Below, one piece after another: positions 45,149-54,733 of a DNA stretch of 64,000 bases; the stretch's first letter is position 1, and each line of letters opens with the position of its first letter. The position numbers were made by a program, and so were the translations under genes. The notes under the pieces are model-generated. The model did no database searches. It was not told where the DNA came from and saw nothing but the letters and a program-made list of their open reading frames with translations. This DNA comes from a virus (taxonomy: Duplodnaviria; Caudoviricetes): IMG/VR virus record IMGVR_UViG_3300025840_004398; one strand, given 5' to 3'.

Positions 45149-45385
45149 ATGGAATTTCTAAAAAAGATTGGCTCTTGGGCTAACTCATTAACAGAAATTG
45201 GTATAAGTATCATCGCTCTTGGAGTAGTATTAGAAGTACTATTCAAAGGTGCAACGATTCCTTTCTGGCCAGATAACTCAGTAGTAGATAATCTAATGAG
45301 TATTTTGGGTGGATTGAGTAATGAAGGACTACTTGGTTTAGTAGGAGCATTCATTTTATACCACATCCTTAAAAACAAATCATAA
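45149..45385 (+). CDS. small 2-TM membrane protein
   Basis: AAGGAG SD; GISIIALGVVLEVLF...EGLLGLVGAFILY. Confidence 0.85.
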   Translation: MEFLKKIGSWANSLTEIGISIIALGVVLEVLFKGATIPFWPDNSVVDNLMSILGGLSNEGLLGLVGAFILYHILKNKS

Positions 45386-45413
45386 GGACTCAACTTCCAT
45401 AAGCGCGTTGGAT

Positions 45414-45441
45414 AAAAACCTCACTTCGGTGAGGTTTTTTT
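45414..45441 (+). terminator. intrinsic terminator
   Basis: AAAAACCTCAC-TTCG-GTGAGGTTTTT. Confidence 0.88.
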
Positions 45442-45449
45442 ATTCAGTA

Positions 45450-45457
45450 TATTTATA
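45450..45457 (+). promoter_or_regulatory. candidate late-promoter motif TATTTATA
   Basis: after the terminator, at the head of the structural operon. Confidence 0.55.
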
Positions 45458-45479
45458 TACAACATAATGTATAAAAATC

Positions 45480-45890
45480 ATGAGTACAGATTTTGAATTA
45501 TTTCCAGGAAAGAATCTAAGTGGATTGTTCAAGGATATCTACGATAACCAACAAAACAAGAAACAAAGAATCTCAGAACTGATTGCTGAAATGAAGAAGG
45601 TAATCAGACACGCAGGTGATATGGCAGTTATTGGACCAATCATCAAAGATTTAGTTGATACCTCAGTAAAGAACGATGATGCTTTAATCAAGATGGCAGC
45701 AATTGCTCAACGTATCATTGGTGCACAACACAAAGCAGAAGGAGATAGTGGATTCCTTTCTGATGAAGAAAAAGAACAACTTCTAAAACAATTAGATGAA
45801 ACCATCGCAGAAGTGGCCGATGAACAAGATTTAAAGGTTGATGAACTTACAAACGAAATAGAAGAATTAAAACAAAAGGTAGGTAAGTAA
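45480..45890 (+). CDS. conserved phage hypothetical protein
   Basis: ORF track; first gene of the late block. Confidence 0.85.
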   Translation: MSTDFELFPGKNLSGLFKDIYDNQQNKKQRISELIAEMKKVIRHAGDMAVIGPIIKDLVDTSVKNDDALIKMAAIAQRIIGAQHKAEGDSGFLSDEEKEQLLKQLDETIAEVADEQDLKVDELTNEIEELKQKVGK

Positions 45891-45891
45891 C

Positions 45892-47145
45892 ATGGCAAAA
45901 GAAATATTAGTACAGTCCTATAAAAATAAATCAACAAATAAAAAGAGCAGAACTAGTAGTGTAACTGGAATAGTTATAGATGTTATATTAGATGATGATA
46001 CTTCTCCTGACTTATCAATAAATGATACTGATAATTTTTCCACTAGTAAAGATACTAGATTTGTTGGATGTGTTCTTGTTAAAAAAACTAAAAGTTTAGA
46101 ATCTTCTTTTAAATATACAGGAGAACCAATTCCCCCTTTTAATACAGACGAGGACCTTCCTTTAAAAAATGAAGAAGTTGAGTTAATAAAGTTAGGAAAT
46201 AGTTTATATTACAAACGATTAAATTCAACCGACTTAAATGTTGGAAATGCATTTGAAGGGAAAACAACAAGAAGTTTTAAGGCAGATGAAAAAGAATCTC
46301 CATCTGGTGACTATTCATCAACCTCCTCTACTGGTACTTCAAAATCATCTGCAACAGATAATGATGAAAAAATAGGTAAGTATTTTGAACCTACCCAAGT
46401 AAATAGATTATTAAAATATGAAGGTGATAAAATAATTGAATCTAGATTTGGACAATCTATTAGATTTAGTGGATACAATAATCAAGATGAAGAATTGTCA
46501 CCAACTATTATAATAAGAAATAGACAAAACTCTGAAAGTTTATCTAAATTAAAAAGATTTGATTCTGTTGAAGAAGATGTAAATAAAGATGGTTCAACGA
46601 TATTACTTTCATCTAACAAATATAAAATCGATTTTCAACCTGGCACTGTTGATGATGGTGGTTCGTCTGATTTTGAAACAAATCCAATTAACTTTGAATT
46701 ACCACAAGAATATACAGGATTTGACCAAATGTTGTTATCATCTGAAAGAATTATCTTATCTGCTAAATCACAAGAGATGATTTTCTTCTCAAAAGGAAAT
46801 TATGGATTTATATCAGATGGTAAGTTTACGATAGATAATGGTAATGGTGGTGCTGATTTAGATTTTGGTGATGATGTAAATATTACTACTGATAGAAACA
46901 ATGGGAATTTTTCAGTAAATACAGGTAATGGCAATATCTTACTTAATACTGATAATACCAATGAAGCGATTGTTAGAGGTAACACTCTTGTAGATTTACT
47001 TACTCAACTTATAGATGCAATAAATCAACAAACTTTCAATACACCATCAGGACCAACGGCATTAGGACCGAATAACAGAGCAACCTTTAATGATATTAAA
47101 TCTAAACTTAGAGATGCTCTATCAACTTTAAACTTTACGGAGTAA
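45892..47145 (+). CDS. baseplate hub/spike protein (gp5/gpV-like)
   Basis: GDKIIESRFGQSIRF, beta-helix-like segment, C-terminal AIVRGNTLVDLL...TPSGPT; position upstream of gp25. Confidence 0.6.
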   Translation: MAKEILVQSYKNKSTNKKSRTSSVTGIVIDVILDDDTSPDLSINDTDNFSTSKDTRFVGCVLVKKTKSLESSFKYTGEPIPPFNTDEDLPLKNEEVELIKLGNSLYYKRLNSTDLNVGNAFEGKTTRSFKADEKESPSGDYSSTSSTGTSKSSATDNDEKIGKYFEPTQVNRLLKYEGDKIIESRFGQSIRFSGYNNQDEELSPTIIIRNRQNSESLSKLKRFDSVEEDVNKDGSTILLSSNKYKIDFQPGTVDDGGSSDFETNPINFELPQEYTGFDQMLLSSERIILSAKSQEMIFFSKGNYGFISDGKFTIDNGNGGADLDFGDDVNITTDRNNGNFSVNTGNGNILLNTDNTNEAIVRGNTLVDLLTQLIDAINQQTFNTPSGPTALGPNNRATFNDIKSKLRDALSTLNFTE

Positions 47146-47148
47146 AAG

Positions 47149-47721
47149 ATGTCTTGGAATAGTTTTAAATCCATTATGAATGCTTATATGAGTAATCCGA
47201 ATGGAGTAAAATCCAAAGAAGATTTTGCCAAACAATTTACTCAGGCATATGATTCTGCAATGATTACTGGTTCTGTTGTTACTCGTGGTTTTGGTGGGTT
47301 TCCTCTTCCAATTCAAAAAGGAAATAAAGAGTTAATGGAAACTATGGTAGTTCTTGCTTGTTCAATAGCATTGACTAAAAAAGATAGACATACTTTCATA
47401 AAAGATTTAGGTAAGGCAGTATTGGGATATTGGGGTGGAGCAACCTTACAATTAATACCACCATCGATTCCAGCCGTAGGTTCATTTCAAAATATAGCAG
47501 CAACAACGGCAGTGGTTTCTAATGCGGGTACTTGGCCAGAAACACCACCAGAATTCCCAACAGATGATAGTGGTAAATTTTTAGATTTATTTATTGCATA
47601 TGCAACAACACACCTAACAACAGTTCAAGCAATTGTATCTACAACATCATTATATCCTGGTTTTCCATTATTACCACCATCTCCTGGTGTTGTAACTCTG
47701 ACTGGATATCAATTACCATAA
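47149..47721 (+). CDS. baseplate-region structural hypothetical protein
   Basis: ORF track; position in the operon. Confidence 0.75.
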   Translation: MSWNSFKSIMNAYMSNPNGVKSKEDFAKQFTQAYDSAMITGSVVTRGFGGFPLPIQKGNKELMETMVVLACSIALTKKDRHTFIKDLGKAVLGYWGGATLQLIPPSIPAVGSFQNIAATTAVVSNAGTWPETPPEFPTDDSGKFLDLFIAYATTHLTTVQAIVSTTSLYPGFPLLPPSPGVVTLTGYQLP

Positions 47722-47735
47722 AACTAACAAAGATA

Positions 47736-47743
47736 TATTTATA
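47736..47743 (+). promoter_or_regulatory. candidate late-promoter motif TATTTATA
   Basis: intergenic, before 47769. Confidence 0.5.
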
Positions 47744-47768
47744 TTAAGATAAAAGGAAATTTTACAAA

Positions 47769-48338
47769 ATGGATAACAAACAACTTATAAAAGTAATAAA
47801 AGCACTAGTGGAAGTTGAAGTAGCAAAGAAACATGAAAAGTTTCTTAAAGAACAATTTCCAGCAATACTTGATGAAGCCGTTAAAGGTAAAATGAAAACT
47901 TTGAAAAAAACCACACCAACAAATGTGGTGAGTGAAGAAGTAGACCCCTTTGAAGTGGCAAATCAAGTATTACAAAATGAAAGACAAGAACAACCAAAAA
48001 GACAATTCACTAAAAATGAAGCGTTAAATGAAGTTCTAAATCAAACAAAACCATTCACTAAAGAACAAAGAGCGGGTGGAACACAAGTTAAATCTGTATT
48101 AGATTCATTTCAACCAGTAAATGAAAGTATGGATAAAACAGTTGAGTTTACTCAAGGAGGAGCAGGAGCTGGTTTAGATGGAATGAGAGCTTCAATGGCA
48201 TCACAAATGGGTTATGGTGACCTACAAACAAGTGGTGGAGCTAAAAAAAGTGGATTGGGTGTTCAGACAGGATTACCAGCTTTAGATAGAGTTTTAAACA
48301 GAGATAACTCTGAATTAGTTAAAAGATTTAAAAGATAA
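47769..48338 (+). CDS. conserved phage hypothetical protein
   Basis: ORF track. Confidence 0.8.
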   Translation: MDNKQLIKVIKALVEVEVAKKHEKFLKEQFPAILDEAVKGKMKTLKKTTPTNVVSEEVDPFEVANQVLQNERQEQPKRQFTKNEALNEVLNQTKPFTKEQRAGGTQVKSVLDSFQPVNESMDKTVEFTQGGAGAGLDGMRASMASQMGYGDLQTSGGAKKSGLGVQTGLPALDRVLNRDNSELVKRFKR

Positions 48339-48457
48339 TGATTGAAGGTTTAATCATATTAGTAATGTTAGGTGTTTCTGTATTTACACTTACCAAAAGT
48401 TTAAAGAAAAAGGCTTATGGTGAATGTGGATGTGGGAAGTGCCAATGTGGAGGATAA
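48338..48457 (+). CDS. FeoB-associated-type Cys-rich membrane micro-protein (39 aa)
   Basis: MIEGLIILVMLGVSVFTLTKSLKKKAYGECGCGKCQCGG; TAATG-coupled. Confidence 0.7.
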   Translation: MIEGLIILVMLGVSVFTLTKSLKKKAYGECGCGKCQCGG

Positions 48458-48460
48458 TAA

Positions 48461-48889
48461 GTGGCTTACGAGTTAGGTAGAAAAGTTGTATTAGATACAG
48501 AAGAGTTTGACTCTTATGCATATGGCATTTCATCGCCAACAAAAAGAGGTAATGTTATGTTTGAACAAACATTTACTTCATTTGAAGCTGCTAAATCAAA
48601 TCTTCGTAATTTGTTACTAACAAGACAAGGTGAGAGAGTAATGCAACCTGAATTTGGAACAGGATTACACGAACTTTTATTTGGTCAAATTGATGAAGAT
48701 TTTGAAACAAATATACAAACTACACTAACTGATAGTGTTAGTTTTTGGTTACCTTATATTACTATTGATGAAATAACAATAGAAGCGACTGATGAAATGA
48801 AAGATAAAAACCAAGTTGGTTTAGAGGTTTCTTTTAAGGTTGGAACAGACGAACAAATAAGTACATTAGGAATAACGTTTCAGGGGTAA
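48461..48889 (+). CDS. baseplate wedge protein gp25-like
   Basis: AAKSNLRNLLLTRQGERVMQPEFGTGL..LLF; FWLPYI; GTG start with GGAGGA SD. Confidence 0.9.
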   Translation: MAYELGRKVVLDTEEFDSYAYGISSPTKRGNVMFEQTFTSFEAAKSNLRNLLLTRQGERVMQPEFGTGLHELLFGQIDEDFETNIQTTLTDSVSFWLPYITIDEITIEATDEMKDKNQVGLEVSFKVGTDEQISTLGITFQG

Positions 48890-48892
48890 AAA

Positions 48893-50908
48893 ATGGCTTT
48901 AAACGCAAGAAATAATACAAGTGGTAGAAATATAAATTATCTTAATAAAGATTTTAATCAATTTAGAGATAATCTTGTTGAATACGCCAAAACGTATTTC
49001 CCACAAACATATACAGATTTTAATGAATCATCACCAGGTATGATGTTTATAGAAATGGCATCTTACTTAGGTGATGTACTTTCTTATTATATAGATGATA
49101 CTTTAAAAGAATCTTTTATAACAACCGCAACTGATAGGGAGAACATAGTGGCCTTATCAAACATAATGGGATATAAACCAAAAGTTACATCACCAGCGAT
49201 TACAACTATTTCTGTATATCAACTGGTACCAAGTAAACTTAAAAGTGGTCAAAATACAGAATACGAACCTGATAGTAGATTTTACTTGAGAATAAAAGAA
49301 GGTATGTTGGTAGAATCAACTGAAAGTGGAGTCACATTTAGGACTTCTGAATTGGTTGATTTTAATGAATCTTATGATAGAGAAATTTCAATTTATCAAA
49401 GAGATGAAAATGGAAAACCTGAATTCTATCTTGTAAAAAAACAGGTTAAAGCTTTGTCTGGTCTTTTAAAAACAGTAGAAGTTACTGCAAACGCTTCTGA
49501 TTCATTTCAAACATTCACTCTTGGTGAAACTAATATAATCAACATTCATGATGTTAGAGATTCAAATGGAAACAAGTGGTATGAAGTTCCTTATCTTGCA
49601 CAAGAATCGGTTTATATAGATTATCCAAATACAGAACAATATGACAAAGACTTATCTCAATTTAAAGATTCTGTTTCAAACATATTAAAAGTATTAAAGA
49701 CTTCAAGAAGATTTGTAAAACAAATAAATCCTGATAATACAACATCAATAGTATTTGGAGGAGGAACCGCTTCTGATGATGAAACTTTAATACCTAATTT
49801 TAAAAATGTTGGTTTGGGATTGAATTCTTCTATTGATAGATTAAATGACTCATTTGACCCATCAAACTTTTTAAAAACAAAATCATATGGTCAATCCCCA
49901 AGTGGAACTATGACAATTTCATATTTAGTTGGTGGTGGGATTGATTCAAATGTATCCAAAGGACAACTTGTTAAAATAGAATCAATTTCTTATGATGATG
50001 ATGACGGTATATTCACACCAAGTGAATTGAGTTTATATAAATTTTGCAAATCCTCGGTTGCAGTAGACAACGAAATTCCAGCAACAGGTGGGAGAGGTCC
50101 TGAAACTATAAATGAGATACGAGAGAATTCATTAGCAATGTTTGGTTCTCAAAATAGAGCGGTAACTCGTAAAGATTATCAAGTAAGAGTACTGTCTTTA
50201 CCTGGAAAATATGGTGGTGTTGCAAAGGCATATTGTGCACCTGATGGGGAGTTGGATAATAATTCTCCTTCCTCAATATTATCAAATCCACAATCCCTAC
50301 AACAATTTTCTGATTTGGTTATTTCTTTAAAAGAAAAAGACTTATCAGAATCACAAATACAAGAAGAAATAAATAAATTTTTAGTTGGTAAAAAATCTAA
50401 CTTAGATGAAAAAAATAACCCATTTGCTATCAATTTATATCTACTTGGATATGATAATAATAACAAATTAACTAATCTAAACAGAGCAGTTAAAGAAAAC
50501 GTAAAAACTTATTTAGGTGAGTATAGACTTTTAACTGATGGACTAAATATTTTAGATGGATTCATAATAAATATTGGAGTTGATTTTGAAATAAGAGTGT
50601 ATAGTGGATATAATAATAGACAAGTAATGACCTCTTGTATAAGAGAAATAAAACAATTTTTTAATATTAATAATTGGGGATTCAATACACCTATAAATTT
50701 ATCTGAATTAGAATTGGTAATTGCTGGAGTTGAGGGAGTACAATCTGTTCCAAAATGTGACGTTACTAATAAATGTGGTGGAAATTATTCAAATGTTAAA
50801 TATAATATTTCAGCGGCAACTAAAAACAAATTAGTTTACCCATCACTTGACCCATCGGTATTTGAATTAAAATTTCCTGATAAGGACATAAAGGGGAGGG
50901 TTGTATAA
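48893..50908 (+). CDS. baseplate wedge protein gp6-like
   Basis: DFNQFRDNL..YAK.YFP..YTDFN..SPG, GDVLSYY.D, GGRGPET..EIR, QNRAVT..DY. Confidence 0.88.
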   Translation: MALNARNNTSGRNINYLNKDFNQFRDNLVEYAKTYFPQTYTDFNESSPGMMFIEMASYLGDVLSYYIDDTLKESFITTATDRENIVALSNIMGYKPKVTSPAITTISVYQLVPSKLKSGQNTEYEPDSRFYLRIKEGMLVESTESGVTFRTSELVDFNESYDREISIYQRDENGKPEFYLVKKQVKALSGLLKTVEVTANASDSFQTFTLGETNIINIHDVRDSNGNKWYEVPYLAQESVYIDYPNTEQYDKDLSQFKDSVSNILKVLKTSRRFVKQINPDNTTSIVFGGGTASDDETLIPNFKNVGLGLNSSIDRLNDSFDPSNFLKTKSYGQSPSGTMTISYLVGGGIDSNVSKGQLVKIESISYDDDDGIFTPSELSLYKFCKSSVAVDNEIPATGGRGPETINEIRENSLAMFGSQNRAVTRKDYQVRVLSLPGKYGGVAKAYCAPDGELDNNSPSSILSNPQSLQQFSDLVISLKEKDLSESQIQEEINKFLVGKKSNLDEKNNPFAINLYLLGYDNNNKLTNLNRAVKENVKTYLGEYRLLTDGLNILDGFIINIGVDFEIRVYSGYNNRQVMTSCIREIKQFFNINNWGFNTPINLSELELVIAGVEGVQSVPKCDVTNKCGGNYSNVKYNISAATKNKLVYPSLDPSVFELKFPDKDIKGRVV

Positions 50909-51966
50909 TGTATCACTTTGTAACAGCATCCAAAGATGCAACGATTTACTTACAACAACCAACTCAGAATACTGGCTTGGATGAAATCTTAGAAGTTTCT
51001 AAAACTTATTATGGAAACTTAAAAGATGTTGCTCATTCACTTATTAAATTTGATACAACTCAATTATCAACTTTAATTACAAGTGGTGAGGTAACCATGT
51101 CATCTGCCGAATTAATCCTTCGAGAGTGTGAATCAAGTGAAATTCCGTTGGATTATACAATTTATGCATATCAAGTTTCTCAATCATGGGATATGGGAAT
51201 TGGAACTCGCTTTGATGATATTACAACAGATGGAGTTTCTTGGAATAAAAGAACAACAACTGACAATTGGTTGGGTAATGATTTCGCCGAAGGAACTTCT
51301 GGTTCATTCAATGGTAAGGGTGGTGTTTGGTACACTGGTTCGGTTGCAACACAATCATTCTCATACGAAACATCTGATATTGAAATGGATGTATTAGAAC
51401 CAATGAATACTTGGTTAAGTGGTTCAATTCCAAATGAAGGTTGGATTTTAAAACACGATTCTGCAGTAGAAAATGATACAGATGATTATGGTCAATTAAA
51501 ATTCTTTTCAAAAGAAACAAATACTATTTACCAACCTAAATTAAGAATTGGTTGGGATGATTCTTCGTTCTCTACTGGCTCTTTAACAGAACTTACCGCT
51601 GATGATATTCATGTAACATTCAAAAGATTAAAGACCAGATACAAGCGTGGAAGTAAACCTGAAATCAGAGTTTTCGGTAGAGAGAAGTATCCTCTCAAAA
51701 CATACACCAATCAATACTCTTACACAGATGTAAAATATTTACCATCATCTACTTATTACCAAATAAAAGATATAGTAACAGAAGATGTGATTGTACCGTT
51801 TGGAGATTATACAAAAGTTTCGTGTGATTCAAATGGTAACTTCTTTAAACTCGATTTAACAAATTGGGAATATCAACGAGATTATTATATTGAAATTAAA
51901 GTAGATAGAAATGGTGTAATCGAATATTTCGAAGATAAGGATTTAACTTTCACAATAGAGAAATAA
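50908..51966 (+). CDS. structural protein (DNRLRE-like domain)
   Basis: DATIY..QP.QNTGLDEILEV...SLIKFD; NEGWILK; FFSKET..IYQPKL. Confidence 0.6.
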   Translation: MYHFVTASKDATIYLQQPTQNTGLDEILEVSKTYYGNLKDVAHSLIKFDTTQLSTLITSGEVTMSSAELILRECESSEIPLDYTIYAYQVSQSWDMGIGTRFDDITTDGVSWNKRTTTDNWLGNDFAEGTSGSFNGKGGVWYTGSVATQSFSYETSDIEMDVLEPMNTWLSGSIPNEGWILKHDSAVENDTDDYGQLKFFSKETNTIYQPKLRIGWDDSSFSTGSLTELTADDIHVTFKRLKTRYKRGSKPEIRVFGREKYPLKTYTNQYSYTDVKYLPSSTYYQIKDIVTEDVIVPFGDYTKVSCDSNGNFFKLDLTNWEYQRDYYIEIKVDRNGVIEYFEDKDLTFTIEK

Positions 51967-51969
51967 TAA

Positions 51970-53148
51970 ATGGCAATTGATAATCAATTTAGAATTAATG
52001 AACTCATAAGTAGTGGTTCCGGAGCTATCGTATCAAAAGATAGTATCACTGGAAATCATACCTTTGTGCAAGGTTCTAAAACAATTGTTCTTGGAAAATC
52101 AGAAGGTGGACAAGCTCCATATACACACTTAAAAGGTGAAAGAGATGGGGAGCAGACTGGTAGAATTGAAAAACCAAAATATAACGAAGAAGAGTTAATA
52201 AAGGCAGTTGATACTAAAGTTGATGAATTAATTGGACCTCCAAAGAAACCACAACCTGATGTAGTTCCAAGACCTGTATATGAAGATTTAAGAAGATTAT
52301 ACAACGAAGCCTTAGCTGAAATATCAAGATTAGAAAACTTAGTTAGTGAATTAGAATCAAGAATTGCACAGCTTGAAGCTGAGAATGAGGCTCTTAAAAT
52401 AGAAAACGATTCATTACAATTAAGAACCTCAACTGCGGAAAATGAGGCACAGTCTGCTAATCAAAGATATGGAGATTTATTAAAAGATTTTTCAAACGCT
52501 ATTGTAAAAGGAACACGAGATGCAATAGAAAGGGTATCATTAAAAGCACAAGTAGAAGGTTTAAGAGCACAGAAAGAAACTCTAAGAGAACAATTAAAAT
52601 CTCTTAACCTGATAATTGGTCAGTTACAAGCACAAGTAGAAGCCGAACAAGTTAGACAAGCTGCATCTGAAGCCCTTGAAGGTGTAGTTGGAACATATGA
52701 GCAAAAAACAAATACAGGTTGGAAACTACCTCAGTCTGAAATTAAAAAACAAGATAAACAACTTTATCTTGAAATATGGACTAGAAATAATAAGAATGAT
52801 ATTAGAGTTGTTCAAGGAACCGCTATTAACGTTTATAACTTCAATGAAGAAGAACCACAGACGTTTACTGCGTCAAGTAATGTTTCATGGTTAAGAGTTG
52901 GAGGACCAATTACAGTTCAGCCACGAGAAGGAAATGAAGCTGGTAAAGGTTATATAGGAGTTCAATGGTCAAAAGGACCAAGAACGTCTAAGAGAAAACA
53001 AGAAATACCTGGTACAGTTACAATAACCGCTTCTCCAAGTGGAGAACAACACACTATATCAGCTATTATGTTTAAAGAGGTACAAAGATTAAATAAAGAT
53101 TTTACACAAGGTAGTACACGAAGTGCTGCTGGTTCGGAGAAAAGTTAA
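51970..53148 (+). CDS. structural protein: long coiled coil plus Ig/BACON-like C-terminus
   Basis: heptad region; FTASSNVSWLRV...TVTITAS. Confidence 0.7.
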   Translation: MAIDNQFRINELISSGSGAIVSKDSITGNHTFVQGSKTIVLGKSEGGQAPYTHLKGERDGEQTGRIEKPKYNEEELIKAVDTKVDELIGPPKKPQPDVVPRPVYEDLRRLYNEALAEISRLENLVSELESRIAQLEAENEALKIENDSLQLRTSTAENEAQSANQRYGDLLKDFSNAIVKGTRDAIERVSLKAQVEGLRAQKETLREQLKSLNLIIGQLQAQVEAEQVRQAASEALEGVVGTYEQKTNTGWKLPQSEIKKQDKQLYLEIWTRNNKNDIRVVQGTAINVYNFNEEEPQTFTASSNVSWLRVGGPITVQPREGNEAGKGYIGVQWSKGPRTSKRKQEIPGTVTITASPSGEQHTISAIMFKEVQRLNKDFTQGSTRSAAGSEKS

Positions 53149-53151
53149 TAG

Positions 53152-54720
53152 ATGGCAATTAGTAATTTTAAAAATATAGAAAATACCAAAGGATATTTTG
53201 TCAATGATAGTGATAGAAAAATCTTTGAGAGAGAAGTCTCCAAGGGTTATTTTGGTATGAATATAGGAGATATTATTGAGTTTGTCATATATGATTCAAA
53301 TGATAACATATTACCTCAAGAATCAAGTGGTGGTAAATATGTAAGGTACATAGAATACAACGATGATTCTGAAAAGAAATACTTTGGTAAAGTTCAAAAA
53401 AATAAAACAACATTAAAATCAAACGATTCCGATGAGTTCTTTATTGATACTGAAAAACTAATTACGGAAGCTGGATATAAGAATGGTGTTTTCAAGACTC
53501 AAATATCTCTCTTAAATAGAAGGCTCGGTTCTGAAGATAGAGAGAATGATAAAGTGTGGATACATGAAATTGCTCCCTCTAGAACTGAAATAAGAGTATT
53601 GCCAACAATTGATGATAAAACTGGTAAACCGAATTCTGATTTGGAAGAAAGATATAATTGTTTTATAAATGAAAAAACATTTTACTCAGATTTATCTCCT
53701 TTTATCGATTCTTTTGTTGAACAATTTGATGTAGAAAAGGTTATACGAGATTTTTTAATTTCTAAGGGGGATGTTAAATCTGGACAATCTTACATTAGTT
53801 TAATTAGAGATGAATTTAAAATAGAAAGTTTTGATTTGTTAATTCAACAAATAAGGGATAGATTTATAAAATCTGTTAATTATTATAAACAAAATAGAGA
53901 TTCTAATATTTTATCTAATAACTACGGCCAACCATTAGGAAATACAAAAGGTATTTGTACTGATGTAAATAATATTCTATATGATATTATTAATATAGTA
54001 GGTAATTGTGTTGAATATTCATTGCCAAAAAGAAATGTTCGTTCTGAAAATTCTTTAACCATAGAACAACAAGAAAGTTTAGATAAGGTAAATGATATAT
54101 TAAAAACAGTAACAAGTAATTCCAAATATACATCTACAATACCATCCTCAGTATCCGCTAAAATAGTTGGATGTAAGAACCCATCGGCATCAAATTATAA
54201 TCCTGATGCAGATATACATGATGAGGGATTGTGTGTTTTTATTGAAAAACCACAACCTAAACCACAACCTAAACCACAACCTAAATTACAACCCAAACCA
54301 CGACCTAAACCAGTGGTAATACCACCAAAACCAAAACCTAAACCAGTGGTAATACCAAAACCAAAGGTTGACCCTGATTTCATATTAAATGATTCGGTTG
54401 AGTTTACAAGAGAGGTATTGTCAGAACCAGGTGGTTTAGATAGAACGGGATTGAGAGAAAGATATGATACTGGTGATTATGGACCATTAGCTGCTATTTT
54501 AGAGGAACAGTCAACTCCGATAGTAACTTATACACCACCGGTAGTAAACACACCAATATCAGTTGGTTCTAGATTTTTAAATCCAATTAGTGATACTACA
54601 ACAGTAAGTGGTAGAGCTACCGCCTTGAATAGTGGTCGAAGTCCTTTGACTGAAGAACCGAATTTGTTTAATGAAAGAATAGTTACATCCCAAAAAAGAT
54701 TTTTAAAAGATAGATTTTAA
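53152..54720 (+). CDS. structural protein with GCxNP-type Cys motif, Pro-rich linker and GLDRTGLR motif
   Basis: WIHEIAPSRTEIRV; GCKNPSASNYNPDADIHDEGLCVF; PKPQ repeats. Confidence 0.8.
   Translation: MAISNFKNIENTKGYFVNDSDRKIFEREVSKGYFGMNIGDIIEFVIYDSNDNILPQESSGGKYVRYIEYNDDSEKKYFGKVQKNKTTLKSNDSDEFFIDTEKLITEAGYKNGVFKTQISLLNRRLGSEDRENDKVWIHEIAPSRTEIRVLPTIDDKTGKPNSDLEERYNCFINEKTFYSDLSPFIDSFVEQFDVEKVIRDFLISKGDVKSGQSYISLIRDEFKIESFDLLIQQIRDRFIKSVNYYKQNRDSNILSNNYGQPLGNTKGICTDVNNILYDIINIVGNCVEYSLPKRNVRSENSLTIEQQESLDKVNDILKTVTSNSKYTSTIPSSVSAKIVGCKNPSASNYNPDADIHDEGLCVFIEKPQPKPQPKPQPKLQPKPRPKPVVIPPKPKPKPVVIPKPKVDPDFILNDSVEFTREVLSEPGGLDRTGLRERYDTGDYGPLAAILEEQSTPIVTYTPPVVNTPISVGSRFLNPISDTTTVSGRATALNSGRSPLTEEPNLFNERIVTSQKRFLKDRF
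54247..54366 (+). repeat. 12-nt tandem repeat encoding (KPQP)n plus duplicated KPVVIP
   Basis: AAACCACAACCT x3 plus 2 degenerate copies; AAACCAGTGGTAATACCA x2. Confidence 0.9.
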
Positions 54721-54733
54721 ATAGGAATAAAAA

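Noticed and set aside
48893-50908. gp6 ending ..KGRVV (also NT5C ..DYLL and PDF ..AEIL) as carriers of the C-terminal tag
   Set aside because: NT5C and PDF lack the proximal Lys, and the gp6 ending looks like part of its structural domain; I counted them as background matches.
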